Assembly: GCA_965243205.1 (NCBI GenBank) | Contig: CBDEUK010000002.1 | Location: 960,001-1,024,000 of the forward strand | Direction of reading: 5' to 3' | Origin: Gammaproteobacteria bacterium | GTDB taxonomy: Bacteria; Pseudomonadota; Gammaproteobacteria; Eutrophobiales; Eutrophobiaceae | Length of the DNA stretch: 64,000 bases | Shown: positions 18,470 to 27,816 of the stretch, piece after piece | Layout of the letters: each line of letters opens with the position of its first letter | How positions within the stretch are numbered: the first letter of the stretch is position 1 | Translations under genes and position numbers: made by a program | Notes under the pieces: generated by a model | What the model saw: the letters and a program-made list of their open reading frames with translations, nothing else | The model's database searches: none | What the model was told of the DNA's origin: nothing

Positions 18470-19804
18470 TTAAGCAGCATCGGTAAATTCGCTAAAAGGC
18501 ACTGGCTCGCCTAAAAAATATCCTTGTGCGTAATCTACTCCGAGTTTTTGTAAGGTATTGAACACCTCTTCGGATTCTACCCATTCAGCAATGGTTTTTT
18601 TGTGCGTGACTTTGGCGATATCGTTCAATGATCGGATCATAATTTCACTCACTGGCTCGGTTAAAATATCTTTTACAAAGCTGCCATCAATTTTGATGAT
18701 ATCGACAGGCAGTTCTTTGATGTATTTGAATGATGAGAAACCTGATCCAAAGTCATCCAGCGCAAATAAACATCCGTATTTATTTTTAACTTTATTGATA
18801 AAGTTAATTGCCGATGAAAAGTTTTTAATCGTTTCAGCTTCGGTTATTTCAAAACAGAGCGACTCAGTTGGAAATTCAACACGCTCTAGTCGCTCCATTA
18901 AATAATCCAGAATCATTTCATCGCCTAAGGATTGACCCGATAAATTAATCATAATTTTAGAACAGTGTTTTGATAAGGTTTTTTGTTCTAACAGATTAAT
19001 GACGGTTCGTATCACCCAATAATCAATTCTAGAGGCCATGTTGTGTCGAGCTGCGACGGGTAAAAATTTTCCTGGAAGAATGATGTTGCCATCTTGATCT
19101 TTTAATCGTAATAAAATTTCACAAAGAACTGATTTGTCTTTTTCATTATTTTTTGACAATGGAAAAATTCGTTGTGTGTATAACTCAAACAAATCATTAT
19201 CGAATGCATTGTTGATATTATTAATCCATTTCATATCTTCGTGATACGTTGCAATCAAACGGTCGTTGTGATGATAAATATGAACTTTATCGCCAGGGTA
19301 TTTCGCGACATAACAAGCTACCCCTGCATTCCTTAAAACAGTTGCATAATCAGGTGTTTCTGAACTGATCATTGTCACTCCAATACTTACTGTGACACCG
19401 TATTTATTTTGATTACTAGAAACTCGATAGTGCTTTATCGATTCACGGATTGTATTGCCAATGAGGTGCGCCTTACCGTAACTACAATGTTTTATAATGA
19501 CGCCAAACTCATCATTACCTAATCGACTGATTAGATCCTCGCTCTGTATACATGAACCAATAATGTTCGTAATAGAACATAACAACGCATCACCAGCAGC
19601 GTTTCCATGTACATCATTCACTACTTTGAATGAATCAATATCAATTTGAAACAAGGCATGTTCATATCGTGTACTTCTTGTATCTTCAACAAGCTGTTTG
19701 AGTTTTTGCTCAAACTGAAAACGGTTCATTAGACCAGTCAATTGATCTAAATCACCCGATAAAGACATGTCAGTTTCATATTTTATAATGTCGTTTTCTT
19801 TCAT
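18470..19804 (-). CDS. GGDEF-EAL protein, probably c-di-GMP phosphodiesterase
   Basis: Degenerate GNDEF site; EILLR, DDFGSG, KIDGSF, AEWVE EAL motifs. Confidence 0.9.
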   Translation of the reverse strand: MKENDIIKYETDMSLSGDLDQLTGLMNRFQFEQKLKQLVEDTRSTRYEHALFQIDIDSFKVVNDVHGNAAGDALLCSITNIIGSCIQSEDLISRLGNDEFGVIIKHCSYGKAHLIGNTIRESIKHYRVSSNQNKYGVTVSIGVTMISSETPDYATVLRNAGVACYVAKYPGDKVHIYHHNDRLIATYHEDMKWINNINNAFDNDLFELYTQRIFPLSKNNEKDKSVLCEILLRLKDQDGNIILPGKFLPVAARHNMASRIDYWVIRTVINLLEQKTLSKHCSKIMINLSGQSLGDEMILDYLMERLERVEFPTESLCFEITEAETIKNFSSAINFINKVKNKYGCLFALDDFGSGFSSFKYIKELPVDIIKIDGSFVKDILTEPVSEIMIRSLNDIAKVTHKKTIAEWVESEEVFNTLQKLGVDYAQGYFLGEPVPFSEFTDAA

Positions 19805-19917
19805 AGAATAAAACCGTATAAAATGTTTTGTTTAATGTGTTGTAAATTTAAGCGTATAGACAACCTTCCACTATCAGCTTAAGGATTAAAGTTATGTCAG
19901 ACTGCTGTGCATTAAAA

Positions 19918-19936
19918 TGTAAGTGAAACACTTACA
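19918..19936. promoter_or_regulatory. Operator TGTAAG-N7-CTTACA
   Basis: Palindrome tgtaagtg-aaa-cacttaca ~115 bp upstream of the GGDEF-EAL gene. Confidence 0.6.
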
Positions 19937-19964
19937 AAGAAAGAGATGGCCTGGTATTGAATCA

Positions 19965-20327
19965 CTAAAGTATTTCTTTTAAACGTTCTATTTCTTTCGT
20001 TTTATCTAAAAAATATTTAGCTCCTAATTGAAAACACTTTTTCTTATATTCTTCACTAGAATGATTACTTAATATAATTACACACACACTTTCTAAATAT
20101 TCCTGAATTGATTCCAAAACTGAAATGCCAGACATTTGTGGCATTTTGATATCTAGAATCAAATAATCTGGTTTAATGACATTCACCAAAACGACTGCGT
20201 CAGAACCATTATCCGCTTCAGCAACTACGTCAATATGTTCTATTGACTCAACCACTTCTCTTACCATCTGACGGATATAATCGCTGTCATCGATGATAAT
20301 CACGGTATTTTTTGAATTACTTTCCAA
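19965..20327 (-). CDS. Single-domain response regulator
   Basis: IIDDS, LDIKMP, conserved K; no output domain. Confidence 0.88.
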   Translation of the reverse strand: MESNSKNTVIIIDDSDYIRQMVREVVESIEHIDVVAEADNGSDAVVLVNVIKPDYLILDIKMPQMSGISVLESIQEYLESVCVIILSNHSSEEYKKKCFQLGAKYFLDKTKEIERLKEIL

Positions 20328-20429
20328 ACCAACCTCTTTTTAAAATGCAGCCATTACAGGCTAAAATAATCTAGGGGAAAGAATATAAAAGTTTGTAGAC
20401 GATTAAAGTCGGATGGCTTTGATAGATGT

Positions 20430-20448
20430 TGTAGGTATATGTCCTACA
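20430..20448. promoter_or_regulatory. Operator TGTAGG-N7-CCTACA
   Basis: Palindrome ~100 bp upstream of the single-domain regulator; matches 19918-19936. Confidence 0.6.
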
Positions 20449-20460
20449 AATAGAATTGAA

Positions 20461-21093
20461 TTATTCTACTAATTGATTTTGCATTACGTAATGCATTAAC
20501 TCTGCATTGTCTTTTAACTGTAGTTTCTCAAGGACACGACTGCGATACGTACTAACGGTTTTAGGACTCAATGATAGTTGTTCTGCTATAACACTGGTGC
20601 TTTTACCAGAACCTAATAAACATAGGATTTGATATTCACGTTGAGAAAGTGATTCATGTGGAATTTCAGTTTCATCTTTGTCGATATCAAACGCTAATTT
20701 TTCAGCTAAGGATTGGCTAATGTATTTACCACCATTAGAAATACGAACAATCGCATTGACTAATTCTTCTGGAGAGTGATTTTTTGTTAAATAACCTTTG
20801 GCACCAGCTTTAAAAGAACGCTTTGCATATTGTTCTTCAGAGTGTGCGCTCAGTACTAATATTTTTATATCGGGGCAAAGCCTCAATACTCTGCGCAATG
20901 TTTCAAGAAAACCAGGCCCGGGCATAGAGACATCCAATAATAATAATTCTGAATCCGAAGCTTTTAAAGTATTAAGAAGCTCTTCACCGTCTTGAGCTTC
21001 GCCACAAACTTGCATATTAATATTATCTTCAATAATACGCTTGATACCTTCACGCATTATTTGATGATCATCGGCTATAAAGACATTAATCAT
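20461..21093 (-). CDS. NarL/UvrY-like response regulator
   Basis: REC plus LuxR HTH (LSQREYQI..LSPKTVSTYRSR). Confidence 0.92.
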   Translation of the reverse strand: MINVFIADDHQIMREGIKRIIEDNINMQVCGEAQDGEELLNTLKASDSELLLLDVSMPGPGFLETLRRVLRLCPDIKILVLSAHSEEQYAKRSFKAGAKGYLTKNHSPEELVNAIVRISNGGKYISQSLAEKLAFDIDKDETEIPHESLSQREYQILCLLGSGKSTSVIAEQLSLSPKTVSTYRSRVLEKLQLKDNAELMHYVMQNQLVE

Positions 21094-22883
21094 GTTGCAT
21101 CTAAAACCGTTTGAGTTTTAATCGGACTAATAAGATGAACTTCCAATCCACTGGGTTCAATATTATTAAAGTTAATCGTTGCTCCAATATTAGCAGCTCT
21201 TTCTTGCATACCAATAACACCAATAGAATTATCCGAATCGATCTGATCAGACGTGATACCTATACCGTTATCCGCGACTTTTAGTTCTATATGTTTTTGG
21301 TTCAGACTCATATTAACAATAAAATTATCCGCGTTGCTATGACGCGCAATATTCGTTAAAGCTTCTTGATAGATTCGAAATATCGCTGTGTCTCTTTCCA
21401 TATTGATGTCTAACTCATCACAATCAATATTTAAATCATAAGCAATCCCTGTTCGTTCAGAAAAGTCTTTCGTTACCCATTCAATCGCCGCTTCTAATCC
21501 TAAATCATCCAATACAGCAGGCCTTAGTTGAGAAGAAATTCTACGGATAGTATCAACGGTTGTATCGATATTATTCATCATTCTCATAATCCGTTTTATT
21601 ACTTCATCATCGACTGGATTCAATCTGTCCTTCAACCAACTTAAATCAATTTTAAACCCAGTCAAAGATTGTCCTAACTCATCATGTATTTCTCTTGAAA
21701 TCCCTAATCGTTCTTGCTCAATTGCATTCTCTAATTTTCTTGCTAAATTATGCAAACGTGTTTTTGAATGTAATATTTCTTCTTGATAACGTTTACTTTC
21801 TGTAATGTCGTGAACAGTTATCGCTAAAGCCGACTTGCCTTTTAGATCAATAATTTCAACTGAGACAAGGCAATCCCTAAGTTCGCCTGAGGTTTTTCGA
21901 AATTTTGATTCACGTAGTTTAATTGAGCCATTCTTCAGTAATAATTTTTTTAATGTTTCACGATCCTCTTCATCTGCCCAAATATTTAACTCCAAAGCGG
22001 TTTTGCCGATGATGTCATCTGAATGTGTAAAACCATACATAGCGTAAAAGCATTTATTAACATCAATTAAGCAGCCAGTTTCTAAATCACTGATGATGAT
22101 GGCGTCATGACTGGATTGAAATACTTTATAGAACATATCTCGTGAATGAGATAACTCTTCATTGGTTTTCGTTAATTCATTTTTTTGAAAATTAAATGTA
22201 TCGACTAAAACATCTAATTCATCTCGCTTATTTGGTGCAGTACTTTTTCTTTCAAGAACAAATTCCTTTCCCATTCCATTATGAGATATATCCTTCATGA
22301 AATTACTCATATGTTCGAGATGTGAAAATATTTTTTTATCCATAATGTATGAAATAAAAAATAAAAGTGAAAATATAAGTAAGGCATCTAAGAGTAAAAA
22401 TTTTGTTGAGCCAGCAATCGAATGATTGTCGAAATTGGCAGTGTCAACGATGACTAATAAACTGCCTAAGTTTATTAAATTATCCTGTTCCTGATAAATA
22501 AGTTGATAAGTACGAGAAATTATATTGTTATCGTTTGGCATCAAACCACTTGAGGCAAATATTTCATTATCTAATGTCACTTCTACATAACTAATATGAT
22601 TAAGCGATTGAATTCCATCGATTTGAATTTGAGTTAAAGAACGATTTAGTAACCAAACTGAATTGCTTATATTTTTTAACGTCGTATCTTCAATATATTG
22701 AAATTGTTGTTCTAATTCTTTTTCTTGATGATGCTTTATATAAAATAAATCAATAATTAATAAAATTAGAATGATAGAAATACTGAACAATAATATTGAA
22801 CGTAGTAGGTTTTTTCTTAGCGAAACTGTCGTAGATGTTTGATTTTTTTCTAACGACTTAAGAGTATTCATTACTTTTGCCAT
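21090..22883 (-). CDS. Membrane PAS-domain histidine kinase (HisKA_3)
   Basis: Two TM, PAS, ISREIHDELGQSLT, QEALTNIARHS, DNGIG. Confidence 0.92.
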   Translation of the reverse strand: MAKVMNTLKSLEKNQTSTTVSLRKNLLRSILLFSISIILILLIIDLFYIKHHQEKELEQQFQYIEDTTLKNISNSVWLLNRSLTQIQIDGIQSLNHISYVEVTLDNEIFASSGLMPNDNNIISRTYQLIYQEQDNLINLGSLLVIVDTANFDNHSIAGSTKFLLLDALLIFSLLFFISYIMDKKIFSHLEHMSNFMKDISHNGMGKEFVLERKSTAPNKRDELDVLVDTFNFQKNELTKTNEELSHSRDMFYKVFQSSHDAIIISDLETGCLIDVNKCFYAMYGFTHSDDIIGKTALELNIWADEEDRETLKKLLLKNGSIKLRESKFRKTSGELRDCLVSVEIIDLKGKSALAITVHDITESKRYQEEILHSKTRLHNLARKLENAIEQERLGISREIHDELGQSLTGFKIDLSWLKDRLNPVDDEVIKRIMRMMNNIDTTVDTIRRISSQLRPAVLDDLGLEAAIEWVTKDFSERTGIAYDLNIDCDELDINMERDTAIFRIYQEALTNIARHSNADNFIVNMSLNQKHIELKVADNGIGITSDQIDSDNSIGVIGMQERAANIGATINFNNIEPSGLEVHLISPIKTQTVLDAT

Positions 22884-23725
22884 GATTCTATCCCTAATGA
22901 TGGCGTCTCTTTAGACAATAAAGGGTTGTCCAGTTTGAATACTTTTCTTTTATGATTTTTTACTATATTGACAGCCCATCGAACGTTTTCATCATCAAAG
23001 AATAAACGATCGAATGAGCCATCATTCATAGCCAACTGTAATCCAGTTTTTAATCTTTCTGCCAAACGATGATTATTTTTACTTACAAAGAAATAAGTCG
23101 CAGCGGGGTAATATAAAGCCAGTGACTCTTCAATCATTAAGTCATCATGCCATTTCACTTCGTCCACTATCTCTATAATACTTCTTGGAAAGTAATCAAA
23201 CCGTTTACCTTTTAACATTCCGAATAGACTTTCATAATCGGGAGATATTTCTACTTTGATTTGATTTGCTTGAAGAATTTTTGTATCCGGCCAAACAGAC
23301 TCTTGCCCTGCTTTTAGTTGCTTAAGTTGTTTTAATGTTGTTATTGATTTGAATTTTTCTTGATCAGATTTATTAATCATCAATAATCGATAACCAATAA
23401 GACCTTTTTCTAGTGGGACGCGTATAGGGAGAGCTTCTTTCTCTCTTTGTTCTGTTGTCATTGTCCATAAAACATCAATCCATTTATTTTTATTGAGACT
23501 ATCGAAACTACGAGACGTTACCATTTTGAGCTTTGATGGCTCTAGTCGATAAGGGCCATGAGTGTTTTTGGTTTTTTCGAGGGCTAATTCTAATATGTTA
23601 ATAAAATGATCTGATCGATTATCATTTAAGGCTTGCTGCATAGGGTATCGAACCAGCAGTTCTTCCGCATTAGTAATGCAGGTCAACATGCAAAATAGCA
23701 GTGTCAAAGAGAGAATTCTTGTCAC
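22871..23725 (-). CDS. Periplasmic substrate-binding-fold protein coupled to the kinase
   Basis: Signal peptide, PIRVPLEKGLIGYRL, KRFDYFPRS; overlaps kinase start; no permease genes nearby. Confidence 0.8.
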   Translation of the reverse strand: MTRILSLTLLFCMLTCITNAEELLVRYPMQQALNDNRSDHFINILELALEKTKNTHGPYRLEPSKLKMVTSRSFDSLNKNKWIDVLWTMTTEQREKEALPIRVPLEKGLIGYRLLMINKSDQEKFKSITTLKQLKQLKAGQESVWPDTKILQANQIKVEISPDYESLFGMLKGKRFDYFPRSIIEIVDEVKWHDDLMIEESLALYYPAATYFFVSKNNHRLAERLKTGLQLAMNDGSFDRLFFDDENVRWAVNIVKNHKRKVFKLDNPLLSKETPSLGIESWQK

Positions 23726-23856
23726 CGAGCTTTCCTATATTTCACATCCATAGTTTAATCCCCGTCCTAACCTGGGGCCCAAATGCTTAATGGTGTAAGA
23801 ATAATAATTTTAGGCTTTTAAAATAGAAATAGCTATGAAGTAAGTTTTTTTTGGCT

Positions 23857-23885
23857 AAAAAAATGGCTCCTGATTTAGGAGCCAT
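23857..23885 (-). terminator. Intrinsic terminator
   Basis: Minus strand atggctcct-aaatc-aggagccattttttt. Confidence 0.75.
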
Positions 23886-23916
23886 GAAGATTAACAACAA
23901 ATCATGTGAGAGAGAT

Positions 23917-24729
23917 TTATTGTCTTTTGGAAATTCCGAATAAGCCTAGTAAAGATGAGCCAAATAACCAAACGGCTGCAGGTACAGGTATAGGAGCAAC
24001 TTCGTAACGTGTATCGATAGTAATTGAATCACCAGCAGAAAGTATGAATGTCATATCAATACCAATAGTATTCACCGGCCCAACATAGTTCTCAGGACCA
24101 CCAGATACTGGCGCAACACTACCAAAACAATTCGCACCAAAACATGAGAAAGGACTTGCAGCGAATATTTCCATTTCAACTGCACCATTGATGGTGCCAT
24201 CCCAGTTAGTGAACTGAACAGTTGCATCACCACTGCCATTTGCATCATTTAAAGTAAAACCTAAAAAGCCTGTTTCGATACCATCATTAAATGTTGGAGT
24301 TACAGGGATACCAAAAGACAAATTAAATGTTTGATCCATCCCTGTTAGATTAGTGATAGTGAAATTCGCATCGATAAATGGGTCAGCGTTAATTTCCATA
24401 TCCCATGAAAAACTCGCAACAGGATTTGCATCACCTGTACTACCCATTAATCTACCAGCAAAGGTTGTTTGTCCTGTGAATCGTTCATCACCATTCGTCA
24501 GAACTTCTCCATTGCGATCAGTCGTTTCAATTTTTGAAACTTGATCAACATCGAAACCTAAATTAGGAGTAAATTCGTCATCGGCATTGGGAACCAATAT
24601 CATCCAATTATTGATGCCTAACGAACCAGTCATATTTGTTGTGGAACCAGTGCTGGCAGCATATGAAAGACTACTTACACTTAATAACGCACCAGCAATA
24701 ATTAACTTTGAAACTTCACGACTAAACAC
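23917..24729 (-). CDS. VPLPA-CTERM (PEP-CTERM class) sorted surface protein
   Basis: Signal peptide; tail PIPVPAAVWLFGSSLLGLFGISKRQ. Confidence 0.9.
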   Translation of the reverse strand: MFSREVSKLIIAGALLSVSSLSYAASTGSTTNMTGSLGINNWMILVPNADDEFTPNLGFDVDQVSKIETTDRNGEVLTNGDERFTGQTTFAGRLMGSTGDANPVASFSWDMEINADPFIDANFTITNLTGMDQTFNLSFGIPVTPTFNDGIETGFLGFTLNDANGSGDATVQFTNWDGTINGAVEMEIFAASPFSCFGANCFGSVAPVSGGPENYVGPVNTIGIDMTFILSAGDSITIDTRYEVAPIPVPAAVWLFGSSLLGLFGISKRQ

Positions 24730-24955
24730 TTCTTCTCACCCCAAAAAGTATTTTGAAAAACACAATAAAAACTCTATTAGGGAAGAAATTACCATTAGGC
24801 ATAGAGCACAGCAAATTAAGATTTAATGAAGAATTTGTGACTATGAATTAGAAAAACAAACGAATTTCAATCAACTCAATAACTTAGAAAAAATTCATCA
24901 AATATTATTGTAATCATTTGTATAAAATACAGGAAAAAATCATAGGGTTAATGGC

Positions 24956-26194
24956 CTAAGAATAAACACTAATGAGTTCTTTCACTTCCTGTTGAGCCTT
25001 TTCTAAAACACCAATTCCTGTCTCAGGCGACCATTCATTTAAACCTAGTTTCTTAAATGCAGGTAATTCAAACATGGGAGGAACATCTTTTATTGACTGG
25101 CTTTGAATATTACTATGAAGTTGTGCAAGCATGACTAAGTCGCATAAATCGGCTTGTTGTTCATGATCTCGATGCCAATCTTCCACACCTTCAACGACAC
25201 CAATAAATTCCTCAGGAAAATTCCACTTAGAAAGAATCATTGAACCGATGTCTGCTCGAAGTTTGACAACTACTTCCTCGATTTCTTGGTAACTGAGATC
25301 GTAATTATTTTTATCGATGTAACTTAACACAGCGACTTTACCAATATCGTGAATTAAACCTGCTAATAAGGCCTGGCCTGAATCAAAACGTTTTAACTCT
25401 TTCGATAGTACTGAAGCAATACTGGCAACAGTAACACTGTGATACCAAAGATTTTGCATTAATTTTTTAATAGCTTTAGAACTGGTGATAAATAAAGTCT
25501 CCATCGCAAAACCCATCACCAATTGATTCGTTGTATTAAAACCTATTCTAACGATGGCTTGAGATATTGATGTGATTTGTGTGGTACCACCAAACAAAGC
25601 ACTGTTAGCCGCTTTCAAAAGTTTTGCCGCAATCGCAGGATCCGCCTGAATAATACTTTCTAATTGATCAACATCGGTATCTTCATCTTTCAGCAATTGC
25701 ATAGCTCGGGTAGATACTTCAGGTAAGTTTGGCAGTTCAAATTCTTCAGAAGAAATATCAATAAAGATTTGCGTAAAAATATCACTCTCAACACCAGTCC
25801 GAGATTCAAACTCATCATGCTCTTGAACTTCTACTCGGGTAATAGGTTCTTCTTCGCCATTTAAAATTCGTTCAAACTTATCATTTTCAAAACGTATAAT
25901 CTTGGCATCATTTACTGCGGTCACTGTATATTGGCGAGGTACCAACGATGCGATGGCGCTCGCAGCAGGCTTACTTTCATCGGTTTTAACAAGTCGAACT
26001 CTGCCATCTTTTGCTGTCAGTTCTAACTCACCTTCTAACAGATACACTTTAGAATCATCTTCCGATCCAAATTCGAATAAACACTCGCCTTGACCAAGCT
26101 GCTGAATATCAGCAACCTCAACTAATCGAGTTAATACGCCATGATCAATGTGTTCTAGTGGGGAAAGGTGTTTTAGTTGCTCAGTTGTTAACAT
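24956..26194 (-). CDS. cNMP-binding + HDOD domain protein
   Basis: N-terminal cNMP fold (YLLEGELEL, PRQYT); HDOD (LPNLP, DPAIAAKLLKAANS, GLIHDIG). Confidence 0.88.
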   Translation of the reverse strand: MLTTEQLKHLSPLEHIDHGVLTRLVEVADIQQLGQGECLFEFGSEDDSKVYLLEGELELTAKDGRVRLVKTDESKPAASAIASLVPRQYTVTAVNDAKIIRFENDKFERILNGEEEPITRVEVQEHDEFESRTGVESDIFTQIFIDISSEEFELPNLPEVSTRAMQLLKDEDTDVDQLESIIQADPAIAAKLLKAANSALFGGTTQITSISQAIVRIGFNTTNQLVMGFAMETLFITSSKAIKKLMQNLWYHSVTVASIASVLSKELKRFDSGQALLAGLIHDIGKVAVLSYIDKNNYDLSYQEIEEVVVKLRADIGSMILSKWNFPEEFIGVVEGVEDWHRDHEQQADLCDLVMLAQLHSNIQSQSIKDVPPMFELPAFKKLGLNEWSPETGIGVLEKAQQEVKELISVYS

Positions 26195-26301
26195 TCCAAA
26201 TGACTACCATTAATAAGTTATCTCTGTATAACGGCAGTTTTTCAAAAAAACTTTAAAAAAATATCAGGGAAATCCGCAACTAAGTTTCTGTAATGTAGGA
26301 A

Positions 26302-27546
26302 TTAATCAAGGAATTTGAAAATATCAACAAGCATGGTTTTCGCTTCATTCAACATCTCTAAGCCAGTCTCAGGACCATAACTTCTTAAACCCAATTTTTT
26401 AAACGCGGGTAATTTAAACATGGGAGGCAATGGCTTATCGGTATGGAATTGAAGATAAGCGTGTAATTTTGCGATTAAAACAAGGTCCGTAATATCCACT
26501 TTGGATGAATTATCACGACTCCAATTTTCCACTTCTCTAGCGACAGTATTACAGTTTTGCGGGAATGACCATTTAGTCAAAACCATCGCACCTACTTCGC
26601 CACGTAGATCAGAAACCGCTCGTTCAACACGGTTATTACCGTTTGGTTCTGATGAATCAGCATCTAGATAACGATAAATTGGTAGCACACCTATGTCTTG
26701 AACCAAACCGCATAGAAAGGCTTCAGCTGGCGTAAAGAGTTTCGTTTTCTGCGCTAATATAGCTGAAATAGCAGCGACAAAACTGCTTATTAACCATAAA
26801 TTTCTAGTTTGAATTTGCATATTATCCGTAGAAGCATTGAATACTTGCTTCATACTGATCGCTAATAACCACAGTAAAACCTGACGGTAACTAATGATCG
26901 CTACTGCATCTTTTAAATTAGAAACATCTTCTCCTGTAGGATAAAAATCACTATTAGCAATATCAATAATGGTTTGTACATATTCAGGTTCGTGCTGCAC
27001 AGTCATTTCTAGCTGATAAAAAGACATATCATTTGTGTTGATCAAGTTAAGTATTCTCAACACAATGCCCGGCAATGCTGGCATGTGCATATTACCGTTG
27101 GCAACTCCTCGTACAATGCCACTAAAAATCTCTACTTCAAACTGACTGGTCTCGGATAGATTATCTTCCACATGTAAATTGGATACTTGTCCAGAATGTC
27201 CATCACCATAAAGGGTATAGTTCAGTTTATCGGTATTGAGTTTTAGCACTTTGGACTCAACGACCGCTCTAGCAGTGTATTGTCTTGGAATTAATGTAGA
27301 AATAGGATTTCGCGCGGCATCAGATTCGGCTTCTATCGTTTGAATACGACCATCTTTAGACAGCAATTCCAGCTCGCCTTCAATTAAATAATAGGTATAA
27401 AAATCTATATCATCGATTTCGAATAAAACGGTGCTGGGCGCAAGGGATTCGATTTCAGATATCTTACAGACATTCACTAACGTCACATGGTCCTGATCCA
27501 TGAATGGTTTAAGTCGGGCTAATGTTTCTACAGCTGGGTTTGTCAT
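26302..27546 (-). CDS. cNMP-binding + HDOD domain protein (paralog, degenerate HD)
   Basis: Same architecture; GLVQDIG replaces HDIG; shared tail PPMFxLPAFKKLGL..PETG. Confidence 0.85.
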   Translation of the reverse strand: MTNPAVETLARLKPFMDQDHVTLVNVCKISEIESLAPSTVLFEIDDIDFYTYYLIEGELELLSKDGRIQTIEAESDAARNPISTLIPRQYTARAVVESKVLKLNTDKLNYTLYGDGHSGQVSNLHVEDNLSETSQFEVEIFSGIVRGVANGNMHMPALPGIVLRILNLINTNDMSFYQLEMTVQHEPEYVQTIIDIANSDFYPTGEDVSNLKDAVAIISYRQVLLWLLAISMKQVFNASTDNMQIQTRNLWLISSFVAAISAILAQKTKLFTPAEAFLCGLVQDIGVLPIYRYLDADSSEPNGNNRVERAVSDLRGEVGAMVLTKWSFPQNCNTVAREVENWSRDNSSKVDITDLVLIAKLHAYLQFHTDKPLPPMFKLPAFKKLGLRSYGPETGLEMLNEAKTMLVDIFKFLD

Positions 27547-27816
27547 GCTTCCTCAGACGACATTTTTATTGGATTTAGCGATTATTTTGTCGTAAACTCA
27601 AAGAGTTTATAAATATTTCTATAAAAATCAATGGATTATTAAAACTTCTTAAAAATTAACTCTAAAAGTGTTAATTCGATAGAAAAAATCATTTATTTAT
27701 TGTGTTATCAAGCATTTATTACCATATCTTGGTGTATAAATTGCAGTGTAATTTACACAATACATGAATGTACACGGTAATTGTAGATAAATTTAGATAA
27801 ATAGAACGCTAGGATC

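Noticed and set aside
24730-24955. Sigma-54/PrsR promoter expected upstream of the PEP-CTERM gene
   Set aside because: No convincing GG-N10-GC element found; only an IHF-like tract, insufficient to call
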